DNA of 64,000 nucleotides from a virus: IMG/VR virus record IMGVR_UViG_3300010885_020868, positions 2,676 to 66,675 of that record; one strand, 5' to 3'. Shown piece by piece: positions 19,201 to 28,095 of this stretch (position 1 is its first letter; each line of letters starts with the position of its first letter). The notes under the pieces were generated by a model. It saw only the letters and a program-made list of their open reading frames with translations, ran no database searches and was not told where the DNA came from. The position numbers and the translations under genes were made by a program.

Positions 19201-22200
19201 CAAGAATGTTTAACGGATTATTTTCAAAAGCAAAAAGTCGCTCTACTGTAAAGGTAAGAGGCAATGCTCTGCCTAGACATTTTTGGTCAACAGCAACAGG
19301 ACAAGATACTAATTCAAGAAGAATGGATTTGGTAGAAAGTCTTAATGCTGGCAGACCAATTAGAAATAGAAAAGGTAAAGATTACACTGAAGAGGAATTG
19401 AGACTACTTCCAAAAGAAGAGGTTAATACTATATGGAAAGGAATAGATAGAAGCCACTTTGCACCAGCTGCAACAATTGGTCGGGACGGACAATATATTT
19501 CTCCAGGCTTGTTTGGTCCACAAAAAAGAGGTGGAGCTGGAGGCAATCTTTCTCTAAACCAGGGTGGGAATCCACAAGATATTTTAAATTCTTTAATGGA
19601 TACACCAATACATCCATTTTCAACAATGAGATCAGCATCTAGATTGTTAGGGTATCCTTCTAAAGATATTAACGCTTCTTTTAATGCCGCATGGCTAGAA
19701 TTAACAGCAGCACTAAAAATTAGAACTACCGCGTTTGGCAAAGATCAGGATACCTTTGAAGAATTTGCTGGAAAAATATTAAAAAAACATTTAAAACATC
19801 TTAAAGTTCCTGATACAAGCATTAATTTTTATGATGAAATGCACAGACTGGGAACGGTAAGAGGAGCTGGAATAAAAGGATCTGGAGCATCAGTTGTTGC
19901 AAATGATCCAGATATAACTTTTAATATTCCACAAAGAAGAATGGGTGGTCCAGTATCTGGAGCATCTCCATACATAGTTGGAGAAAACGGCCCAGAACTT
20001 TTTGTACCACAAAATAGTGGAAAGATAATTCCAGGATTTAATAAAGGCGGACAGATACAAAACTTTGCTAAGGGCGGCGAAGTGATGGCTATGCTAATGA
20101 GAATGATCCCAGGACTTGCTGGTTACGGAATTGGATCAAAATTAACTGGCGGATCAATGATGGGCGGAATGCTTGGAAGTTTAGGCGGAGATTTAATAGG
20201 AACTGCACTAGCTGGAAAGATTTTAAAATTAGGCGAAGCAGCAACAAAAACTGGCAAGAGCGTATCTCTGCTTCAAAAGGGTTTACAATTTTTAAAAGCT
20301 AAGCCAGTATTTGGATGGACAGCAGCAGTATTAGCTGGAGCAGCAATAATAAAATCTGTAAATGATAAGATAAATGAACATAGAAGAGTAATAAATCTAG
20401 CATTTGCACAAAATTCCGAAACGGCTTCTAAGCTAGGAATTAATTATAAGTCGTTAAATGAACAATTAAAAGATTTTAAAGACAAGATGGATTTAGCAAG
20501 AGCATCTGCAAACGCATTTTATAATTCAACAACAATGACTAATGGATTAAAATTAACAATTCAACAATTCCAAGAGCTTAAAGAATCTGTTAAAAAAGAT
20601 CTTCCAGACCTTATTTCAGTATTTGATAAAGCTGGAGGAAACGAGGTAGTTCAAAAAGCATCTCAATTAAAGGCGCAATTTATTTCTGGTGGAATGAGTG
20701 CAGAAAAGGCAACCAGTGTAATATATGCACTAATTGCAAATTCAAATAAAGCATACCTATCTCTTCAGGTTTTAGCAGACCAAGGATTTGGATCAATTAT
20801 TGATAAAAGCACCGCAGCAATATCTAGTGTTGAAACTTTTAATGCTTTATTAAATGAAGGAAATACAGACCAGCTTGCCCCAGCTTTTCAATCATTAATA
20901 ACCAGTGTGCAGGAAATGGAAAAGTCTTTAATTGGAACTGAAGACGAAACTGGAAAAATTATTACTGCTTCTAGGGCATGGGAAATTACAATGCAAAAAA
21001 TTACTGCAGCCCAAGGCAGTTCTGCCTCACTAACATCTTTTCAATATTCTGAATTACAAAAAACAGTTCCAGAGCTATATAAAATATTAAACGGTACGGA
21101 AAGCACAGCAGCAGTTTTAGCAAAATGGAAAGTTTATATTTCTGGCGCTAGAGTTGAATTAAAGGGAATGACAGAAGATGCGGCTATTGCATTGGCAGCA
21201 GCTCAAACAAATCTTGTAGGAATACTATCTGGCGGAAAAACTGGAACTGATATAGACAAGATAGTAGATGCAATAAATAGAGCTAATAAAGCATCTTTAA
21301 CTAATAAGACATTAATTCAAAAAAATGCTGTAAGCGCACAAGATGCCCTTAAAGCAGAAATTGAATTGCATCAAGATAATATTGATAAAATTAAAGAAGA
21401 GGCAGATGCTAGAAGAAAATCTTTATCTAGACAATCAGAAGATGAAGACATTCTTACTCAGATAAAGAAAAAGCAACTAGAATATCAAGATGCTTTAGCC
21501 ATGGGAGATTCGGCAACAGCCGCTCAAGCACAATTAGATTTACAAATGCTACAAAGAGGACAGGAAAAAACTTTAGCCTTAAGAGCAATTGATGATAAAG
21601 AAAAGGCAGATACAGCAGCTCAGCAATCTATCATTGATAGTCTACAAAAAAAGCTAGATGGTACTTCAAAAACTCTTCAGACACAATTAGATAATGCAGA
21701 TAAAGCCTTATCTAAAGTTACTGATCTTCAAAATTTTCTTAATGAGGTAGTATCTTTTATTTCTTCATCTGGAACTATAGATACCGACGACGAACTGAAG
21801 GCAGCAAACTTACTTCAAAAGAAAGGAGAGGATCTAGGGCTAAAAGATATTAAGCTAGGAGCAATAAAACAAGATCCAGCAGCAGCGCTGTTTGCATCAA
21901 AATTTGGAACAGGAATGGCAAGTCTTGGATTCCCTACATATAATCCTTATGCTGCAGGAACAGATATCATATTACAAAAAGTAATCAAAGAAGGTAGATT
22001 ATCGGTAGAAGATAAAAATTCTTTATCAAATAATAATCTGCTTAAAGGCATATTGTCAGCAGTATCTACAAACAGAAATCAAATTGCTCCAATTGATTTA
22101 GGACAAACTGGCTCTGGTCAATACGCACAAAACTTTATCACAGCTAAAGTTTTAGCAAAATATGGTATTAGCCCAAATACAAAAACTGGTTCATACTTAA

Positions 22201-25200
22201 ATGAAACTATTCAAGTTGGAGGACAAAGCTATCAAATATCAGGATTTGATAAAGCGTCTGGCAGATACAGCTTAAGAAAGCTTGCAATGGGCGGACCAAT
22301 TAAACATTATGAACCAGGCGGAAATGTAAGAGGACCAGGAACTGGAATATCTGATTCTATTCCCGCCATGCTTTCAAATGGTGAATATGTAATTAAGGCG
22401 AACTCTGTAAAGAAATACGGAACAGAAACATTTGATGCACTAAATGCTGGAAAGTTTGCAGATGGTGCATTAATAGGATATCACAAAGGTGGACCAGTAG
22501 GACATAAGCATGGTCCTGCTGAAGCTGCTCGTCTTAAAGAACTTAGACTTGCAAAGCCAAGCGCTGTACAAAGTCCAAAAAAATGGTATGCAGGGTTTCA
22601 AGCCCTAACTAAAAGGGAAAATTGGGGCTTTGGTAAAACTCATGGAGTAGTTGATTTGCCGTATGATGCATATAAAAATATTATATTCCCTACAGTAGCA
22701 TGGGCAGATAGAATGGTTGGAGATACTATTGGTGGTGCTTTAAATATTAAATCTCCTCTAATAACTTCTACTAATAGAAATGCTCGTGCTCAAATGTCTA
22801 ACAAAGACATCGCAATTCAGCAAGCAGTTGATTTATTAGGAATTCTTCCATACGGAAAAATTGTCTCTAAGCTATCTACTGCTGGAATGAGTAAAGCAAC
22901 AATTGCAAAAATTGCGGAAGAAAAATTAACATCTAAAGCAGCAACTGCAGCCTATAGAGCATCTGTAAAACCTGTTCCACTGCCATACAAAGCTTTAAAT
23001 ACCTTTAATCAATATGCTAACTACTTTAAAGCTAAAAAATTAGTTAAAGAAAAACAATATCATGGATCATCAGATCGCGGCAATAGTTTTGACAGACCAC
23101 TTTATGGAGAAAGCGTATTAGACGGAACTCCTGCATACGATCCACATTATGGAATGGGATTTTATTCCACTTCTAGTAAAGCGGAAGCAGATTTATATGC
23201 AGGTGGATATAATGTTCCTGGTCAATGGGGAGAGTCATATGGTTCTATGAACCAAGTCACCAGGATACCATTTGGCAAGTATATTGACTATCGAAAATCA
23301 AATATTAAATCTCAAAACTATTTATTGTGGAAATTATTACAGGGTAAAGACTACAGATATGCTGGAGAAGATTTAGGTTCATTAATGAATCAAGCAGGAA
23401 CTACTGGGTCTATTATGAAAAGAATTTCTAATGGAAGAACTGGCGATGCCACAATAGACAAAGCTACTTGGCTTGCATTAAATAAGCCAAAAGGAACAAC
23501 TTTACAAGAAACGGGATTAGGATTTAGCCCATCTAATTTAGGATTTCAGGAAAGTGGATTTACATATAATAATTGGAGCACAAAAACAGTACAAGAATTT
23601 TTAAGAAAAAATCTTGGAAAAACTGGTTTAACACAAGATAGATCTATTATTAATGAGGTTCTAAGTAAAACACCTATAAGAAAAGTTCCTAAAACAACTT
23701 TAGAAGACCTACACGCACTTGGAGCAACTACATACACTTCTACAGGTAATCATATTAGCTTACCTTCTAAAACAACTTTTGGAACAACTATACATGAAGG
23801 TGCACATGCATTAGATGCTTTTACAGGAACAAGCGTACGTAGATTTATAGGCGAAGTTGGAAGAACAAAGTCAAAAGTTGACGCAGACAGATTATCAAGA
23901 CTATGGATATCATCTCAAACAACTTTGAATCCACTCCATACTTTTATTAATAAAGTTCAAGGTGCAAGACTACACCCAAATCTTTTAACTGGTATTCAAG
24001 AAGCTACAGCAACCGACGCACACTCCTTTGCTTATAAAAATGCTGGATTTAATTTAATAAAAAAACTTCGCATAGGAAATCCATATACTGCTGGCCAAGG
24101 GTACATTGAAAGTTTTGAACAACTTCTTCAATATTCACATGGCGTACAAAGTATGCAAGGTAAGATAGATCTTGCAAATGGACTTCTTACTTCAGAAAGA
24201 ATGTCATCTTCTCTTAGAAAACAAATGCAGCAATGGGTAAGACGTTTAGAAAATGAAAAAGCTTCAGGAATGTCTTATCCAGGATTTGAAGAATTTGGCA
24301 AGCCAGGAAATATCGGAAGAATTGAATCATTACGACCTAATACATCTTCATCTCCTAATGCTAATAGTATGTTTACTCCACCTGAGTTAAGAACTGTAGA
24401 AGATTACATTGGAAGACCTCGTACCTACGCAGACAGCATGGCTCATGTTCTAGATAGATTTAATTTTGGAGATCAGGCTGGTACATTTTTTAGAGGGTTA
24501 AGCATGCATGATATGGCTGCAATTGCAGGATATACAAGAGTACCAAATCCTAATTTAATATACGGTAGAGATTATATGGAAAAGTGGGGGCCGACTAGTT
24601 GGGGTGGATTTGCAGATGATACAGCCGAAGCTCCTTGGGCACATTTGGCACGAAGCTGGAAGCCAGAAGCAGCAAGCGTATTCCCTAGAGGCACAAGGTC
24701 TCCATTACCATCTACAGAAGAGGCAATGCCTTATTTAAATATGTTACCAGGATTAAAAATTGGTGAATACTGGAGACCAGATACATTAAAATCAATAACT
24801 GCAGAACTTGAATTTGCAAAACATATAGCTGTTAGTGGTGGTACTGGTGGTGGTGAAACAAAAGCTATTGCAAAAATAATCGTTGATCCTAAAGTAAAAG
24901 GAGTAGGTGATTTTGCAAAATTTAGTCCTCCTAAACCAAAGCCAAATTGGATGGGAACTGAGTTTACAGAAGGTGCAATAGCTCCATTTACTAAATATAT
25001 ATTGCAGGCTATTAATAAAAATGCTCATAGCCTTACAGATGAATCTAAAGGCGTATCTCATTTAATAGATGAATATGTTTTTAAGGCAGTAGAGACATCT
25101 CCATATTTAGAATTCTTAAAGCGACAAATGTCGATTAAAACTGAAGGACTACTTCCTATAGTTAAAAAAGCCACTGGCGGATATGTCAATCCTTCTTATT

Positions 25201-25496
25201 CTCCAAGTATGTCTGTTCCTCAATTCAAAGATGGAATTAATATGGTTCCCGCCGACATGCTTGCAATGATTCATAAGAACGAAGCCATTGTTCCAGCTAA
25301 CATGAACCCCTTTAATCCTAACGCAAATAATGCTACAATGGCACCAGCGGTTTATAATATATCAATGACTAATCATGCGTCGGAAGGCATGGATATAAAT
25401 GCATTCTCAGATATTGCAACACGTAAGGTATTAGCAGAAATTAAGAGACTAGATGTTCAACGAGCATCTATGAATGGAATAGGGAGAAGAGTCTAA
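16215..25496 (+). CDS. Tape measure protein with inserted putative effector domains
   Basis: N-terminal TP901-type TMP region (QWAGRQLTVGLTVPL, LNAVENQT, EGANALKS), TM segments, coiled coils, repeated GG..GP...D.IPAML..GE motifs and enzymatic cargo motifs. Confidence 0.92.
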   Translation: MADEQIVTNIVARSDFSGLIADVQRTTAALAKLQQELSITNKTLAAQAGQIQKSFSETLRSTGQFSSHFVTVGSQVESFGRSLDGGKLKLKDYFRTWQEHTRTSGGLIRDLARQQVSLQNAIVQPLGRTADGLMKFNVQVPKGLDAVANKTAIAKKELQIYNKVIQDGGVQLINWGKNTQWAGRQLTVGLTVPLAAFGMAAAKAFREADQELVRLTKVYGGVAATSAVDLANVRKDVSQTARELAAAYGSSFKDTISLAADIAATGKTGNELLVSTKETTRLAVLGEVDRQDAMKATLALQNAFKQSTTELSESINFLNAVENQTSTSLGDLIEAIPKAGPVVQSLGGDVKDLALYLTAMKEGGINASEGANALKSALASMINPTKVAREMFSGLGIDLGGIVTQNAGNLTATITALQSSLDKLNPLQKSQAIEQLFGKFQFARLSALFENLGKEGSQTLQVMDLMKASSADLANVAGRELSQITESASGKYQRALQTLKADLAGVGESFLNVQTFFLNLTSSVVKFIEMLPGPVKSMLTLVAGITALAGPIIMLTGVFANFIGYVIKGIGHLKALFRGGEGFKLLTPEILAASKAGSLVEKTFYSDAAAADILSASLKNLITEFTILQQKAASGAISVQPTIATLAGTVAMAGTPGGMYKGVTVDPNNPLVGRMGTRASAHMNPVGNMTEAERAAQTIFGMVPGPIPVNRKIGRNPQMYADHGLPAIPGLTTIGGVSTGVIPEEAAKWHAMTGAIAMQSEAEIALLKKEVAATGTVTHELSGSYQALLPEITRLTKLAAQEGAAIVAQTQAGAITVEQARAKIVALNARVEAMIAETTTQIAITQGRTANLTMVPFTNQPVVDPKTGKSNMKEMFHKTPTATLVDNVARALGGIRTSGGGFSTETTIRRNQGGPIYRNQGGPIYYNDGSRSVVPGPNVNADVVPAMLTPGEFVVNKKATQANLGLLQSINSGKLGGSVSSSQGGYGVRPSALDISRMFNGLFSKAKSRSTVKVRGNALPRHFWSTATGQDTNSRRMDLVESLNAGRPIRNRKGKDYTEEELRLLPKEEVNTIWKGIDRSHFAPAATIGRDGQYISPGLFGPQKRGGAGGNLSLNQGGNPQDILNSLMDTPIHPFSTMRSASRLLGYPSKDINASFNAAWLELTAALKIRTTAFGKDQDTFEEFAGKILKKHLKHLKVPDTSINFYDEMHRLGTVRGAGIKGSGASVVANDPDITFNIPQRRMGGPVSGASPYIVGENGPELFVPQNSGKIIPGFNKGGQIQNFAKGGEVMAMLMRMIPGLAGYGIGSKLTGGSMMGGMLGSLGGDLIGTALAGKILKLGEAATKTGKSVSLLQKGLQFLKAKPVFGWTAAVLAGAAIIKSVNDKINEHRRVINLAFAQNSETASKLGINYKSLNEQLKDFKDKMDLARASANAFYNSTTMTNGLKLTIQQFQELKESVKKDLPDLISVFDKAGGNEVVQKASQLKAQFISGGMSAEKATSVIYALIANSNKAYLSLQVLADQGFGSIIDKSTAAISSVETFNALLNEGNTDQLAPAFQSLITSVQEMEKSLIGTEDETGKIITASRAWEITMQKITAAQGSSASLTSFQYSELQKTVPELYKILNGTESTAAVLAKWKVYISGARVELKGMTEDAAIALAAAQTNLVGILSGGKTGTDIDKIVDAINRANKASLTNKTLIQKNAVSAQDALKAEIELHQDNIDKIKEEADARRKSLSRQSEDEDILTQIKKKQLEYQDALAMGDSATAAQAQLDLQMLQRGQEKTLALRAIDDKEKADTAAQQSIIDSLQKKLDGTSKTLQTQLDNADKALSKVTDLQNFLNEVVSFISSSGTIDTDDELKAANLLQKKGEDLGLKDIKLGAIKQDPAAALFASKFGTGMASLGFPTYNPYAAGTDIILQKVIKEGRLSVEDKNSLSNNNLLKGILSAVSTNRNQIAPIDLGQTGSGQYAQNFITAKVLAKYGISPNTKTGSYLNETIQVGGQSYQISGFDKASGRYSLRKLAMGGPIKHYEPGGNVRGPGTGISDSIPAMLSNGEYVIKANSVKKYGTETFDALNAGKFADGALIGYHKGGPVGHKHGPAEAARLKELRLAKPSAVQSPKKWYAGFQALTKRENWGFGKTHGVVDLPYDAYKNIIFPTVAWADRMVGDTIGGALNIKSPLITSTNRNARAQMSNKDIAIQQAVDLLGILPYGKIVSKLSTAGMSKATIAKIAEEKLTSKAATAAYRASVKPVPLPYKALNTFNQYANYFKAKKLVKEKQYHGSSDRGNSFDRPLYGESVLDGTPAYDPHYGMGFYSTSSKAEADLYAGGYNVPGQWGESYGSMNQVTRIPFGKYIDYRKSNIKSQNYLLWKLLQGKDYRYAGEDLGSLMNQAGTTGSIMKRISNGRTGDATIDKATWLALNKPKGTTLQETGLGFSPSNLGFQESGFTYNNWSTKTVQEFLRKNLGKTGLTQDRSIINEVLSKTPIRKVPKTTLEDLHALGATTYTSTGNHISLPSKTTFGTTIHEGAHALDAFTGTSVRRFIGEVGRTKSKVDADRLSRLWISSQTTLNPLHTFINKVQGARLHPNLLTGIQEATATDAHSFAYKNAGFNLIKKLRIGNPYTAGQGYIESFEQLLQYSHGVQSMQGKIDLANGLLTSERMSSSLRKQMQQWVRRLENEKASGMSYPGFEEFGKPGNIGRIESLRPNTSSSPNANSMFTPPELRTVEDYIGRPRTYADSMAHVLDRFNFGDQAGTFFRGLSMHDMAAIAGYTRVPNPNLIYGRDYMEKWGPTSWGGFADDTAEAPWAHLARSWKPEAASVFPRGTRSPLPSTEEAMPYLNMLPGLKIGEYWRPDTLKSITAELEFAKHIAVSGGTGGGETKAIAKIIVDPKVKGVGDFAKFSPPKPKPNWMGTEFTEGAIAPFTKYILQAINKNAHSLTDESKGVSHLIDEYVFKAVETSPYLEFLKRQMSIKTEGLLPIVKKATGGYVNPSYSPSMSVPQFKDGINMVPADMLAMIHKNEAIVPANMNPFNPNANNATMAPAVYNISMTNHASEGMDINAFSDIATRKVLAEIKRLDVQRASMNGIGRRV
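18942..18989 (+). repeat. 24-bp tandem duplication (RNQGGPIY x2) within TMP
   Basis: cgtaatcagggcggaccaatttat / cgtaatcagggtggaccaatttat. Confidence 0.9.
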
Positions 25497-26104
25497 TGGC
25501 AATTTATTTACCAGTAGGATCCCTCCTATATATTGATATAACTCCAAGATACAATGCGGCTCTTACATATAGTTCAGGAAGTAAAGTTTATTATAGCGGA
25601 CTCCTTTGGAAAAGAAAAACAGGCGCAGCAATAACTGCTGGACAAACTCCAGCATCAGGATCAACATATTGGGAAACTAGCAATGATATAGCCTGGGTAA
25701 AGCTATCTGAGCACAACAGACAACCTTTGTCATTAGAGCATAATAGAATAGAAAAATCTCAAAGGATGAGCAATGGAACCTTACGCAAATTCTTTATTGC
25801 AGATAAAAAGAGTTTTTCAACATCATGGGAGATGCTACCATCATTTAGCGGTTTAACAGTTGATGGCGGATTAGGAGCGGTAGACCTACAAGAATTTTAT
25901 TCCAGTGTTGGGATAAATCCATTTAATATTAAAATTGTATATGGACAAAAGATGGATGGTCTTAACAAAGTAAACAGAGAAGAATATTATAGTGTTAATT
26001 TTACATCCTGCTCATTTTCTGTAATTAAAAGAAATGTTAAGGGAGCAACAACAGACCCAGCCCAGGAATTTTGGTCGGCATCAATATCAATGGAGCAAGT
26101 ATAA
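25496..26104 (+). CDS. Distal tail protein (Dit-like) with small carbohydrate-binding insertion
   Basis: Follows TMP; LSEHNR, RM.NGTLRK, W.MLPS..TVDGG; CBM5/12-like insertion. Confidence 0.7.
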   Translation: MAIYLPVGSLLYIDITPRYNAALTYSSGSKVYYSGLLWKRKTGAAITAGQTPASGSTYWETSNDIAWVKLSEHNRQPLSLEHNRIEKSQRMSNGTLRKFFIADKKSFSTSWEMLPSFSGLTVDGGLGAVDLQEFYSSVGINPFNIKIVYGQKMDGLNKVNREEYYSVNFTSCSFSVIKRNVKGATTDPAQEFWSASISMEQV

Positions 26105-28095
26105 TGATTACTTTACCTACAAATGACACATTAGTCAAAAATCTATTTAAGTCAGAATCTTCAATTAGAACTGGCGTAGGATGTACTATAGAATATAATT
26201 TAAACAGTATGGTTAATTTTGCTACAAACGCAATTACTAATAGTTCAGCTGAGTACACTTCAAACGGGAGATCTCCCTTTAAAAAACTATTTCCAGTAGA
26301 CGCAATTGTTAGGCAGAATAGGCCTTTAGGAGCGGGAATAAAATATTATATTCATGGAGATATAGCAGCAGCAAGTTTACCAGATCCTAAAACATTAATA
26401 TTTGACAAGCAATTTAGAACATACATTCCTTCAGAAGATACTTACTATAAATATTGGGTAAGCAAAAAAAGCGAAGGTGCGGATATTGCAATTAAATATC
26501 CTAAGACTTTATTAGTAAACAAAATCACTATTAAATTTGAGATATCTCATTGCACTCCAGCAGCCTTTCAGGTCTTTGGAAGAAATGGCAACGGAAGCTT
26601 TGTAAGTTTAAAATCTGGTAATTCTACTAACATAAAATCATTTACTGATAAATATGAAGCTGGTCAAGTAAATATATACTACACTGGCTCCTCTTGGTCA
26701 TTTAATGAATCAGAATTAAATACCTCTTCCTATCAATCATTAACAGATGTTAAGTTAGTTGTTAATGCCGTTTCAGATAAATATATAAGCATTATTGAAA
26801 TATCTCCTAAAATGGTAAAAGATATATCCGAAGACATAGTAAACTTTAGTATCAAGAAAGAATCCTCTTCCACAGGAGACTTGCTTCCAGTAGGAAATGT
26901 ATCTTCAAACTCAATGTCATTATCTATAAATGGTTACGGAGAATCCACTCCAACTTATATCATATATGATAAAACAAACGGATCTTTTGCGTCAGATAAA
27001 AAATATTTTTATAAAAACTCACAACTTAATTTATTTATTAAAGTATTCCCATATCCAGATAGCGAAGAATATATAAAGGTTCCTCAAGGTGTATTCTTTA
27101 TGCAAGATTGGTCGGTATCTGAATTTGGCGAGATTGATATAAACGCATTAGATGGTTGTAAAATTTTAATGGATACCATGTGTCCAGATGTACTTTTAAA
27201 AAATTATTCGGTTCCCGCAATCATAAGAGTGTTACTAGATACAATTGGATTTACAAACTATAAGTTTAATACTACTTCTTTAGCAACAGAAAACGGCATT
27301 GTGACTCCAAAGTATTGGTGGACGGAAGATGTCAAGACAGTATGGGAAGCTATTCAAGAACTGTGTAGAGACATACAAATGACTGCTGTAATGGATGACA
27401 ATAATGTCCTACAATTCTATACTAGAGATTATTTCTATGGAAAACAAAGAGAGGTTACGGCTCAAGGCGCTGCTGCTAATAATATTATTAGTTGGGCTTT
27501 TAATAATGAACCCTTTATAGACTCATCTACTAATTTAATTAATCAAGCAAATATTATGGATTTAAATAAAGAAGCATTGCCAGCTGCTAATAAAGTTAAA
27601 GTTTTATGGAGTGCAGCAACAACTTCTAATTATTTAGGAGACTCAACTCCTTTATGGAAGTCAGAAACAACATTTCTAGGTGCCCTAGCTCTATATAGTA
27701 ATATTGATGCTGTGTCAGAATATGGAGTACCAGTTGATTCAAATGGTAAATACTATCTAGTTCTTAAGCCAAACCATGTATCTTATTATGATAATACTCA
27801 AGCCCTTTTATCATACAATGGCTATCTATTAATTGATTCAGAAGTGTTTGAGTATGATGCAATAGAATTTATTTATGAAGGCGTTGATGATGGAAAAGTT
27901 TATAGGCAGGATGTTCAAACTCCTAACGATATTTATAAGTATAGAACTTTGGCTAAAGTTTCTTCTAAATCATTTAGACCAAGCTACAGATATAGAATTA
28001 AAAGTAGGGCAGCGTTAAATACTAAAAAGGCTGCACACAAAGGGTTATCTGCCGATTATGTTTCAGACTGGAAATCGTTTGGAGTTAATTGGTAA
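26104..28095 (+). CDS. Baseplate hub / minor tail protein (N-terminal part)
   Basis: LPVG.VS.N.M, ALDG.K, TVWEAIQELC...Q.....D.NN.LQF; synteny. Confidence 0.65.
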   Translation: MITLPTNDTLVKNLFKSESSIRTGVGCTIEYNLNSMVNFATNAITNSSAEYTSNGRSPFKKLFPVDAIVRQNRPLGAGIKYYIHGDIAAASLPDPKTLIFDKQFRTYIPSEDTYYKYWVSKKSEGADIAIKYPKTLLVNKITIKFEISHCTPAAFQVFGRNGNGSFVSLKSGNSTNIKSFTDKYEAGQVNIYYTGSSWSFNESELNTSSYQSLTDVKLVVNAVSDKYISIIEISPKMVKDISEDIVNFSIKKESSSTGDLLPVGNVSSNSMSLSINGYGESTPTYIIYDKTNGSFASDKKYFYKNSQLNLFIKVFPYPDSEEYIKVPQGVFFMQDWSVSEFGEIDINALDGCKILMDTMCPDVLLKNYSVPAIIRVLLDTIGFTNYKFNTTSLATENGIVTPKYWWTEDVKTVWEAIQELCRDIQMTAVMDDNNVLQFYTRDYFYGKQREVTAQGAAANNIISWAFNNEPFIDSSTNLINQANIMDLNKEALPAANKVKVLWSAATTSNYLGDSTPLWKSETTFLGALALYSNIDAVSEYGVPVDSNGKYYLVLKPNHVSYYDNTQALLSYNGYLLIDSEVFEYDAIEFIYEGVDDGKVYRQDVQTPNDIYKYRTLAKVSSKSFRPSYRYRIKSRAALNTKKAAHKGLSADYVSDWKSFGVNW

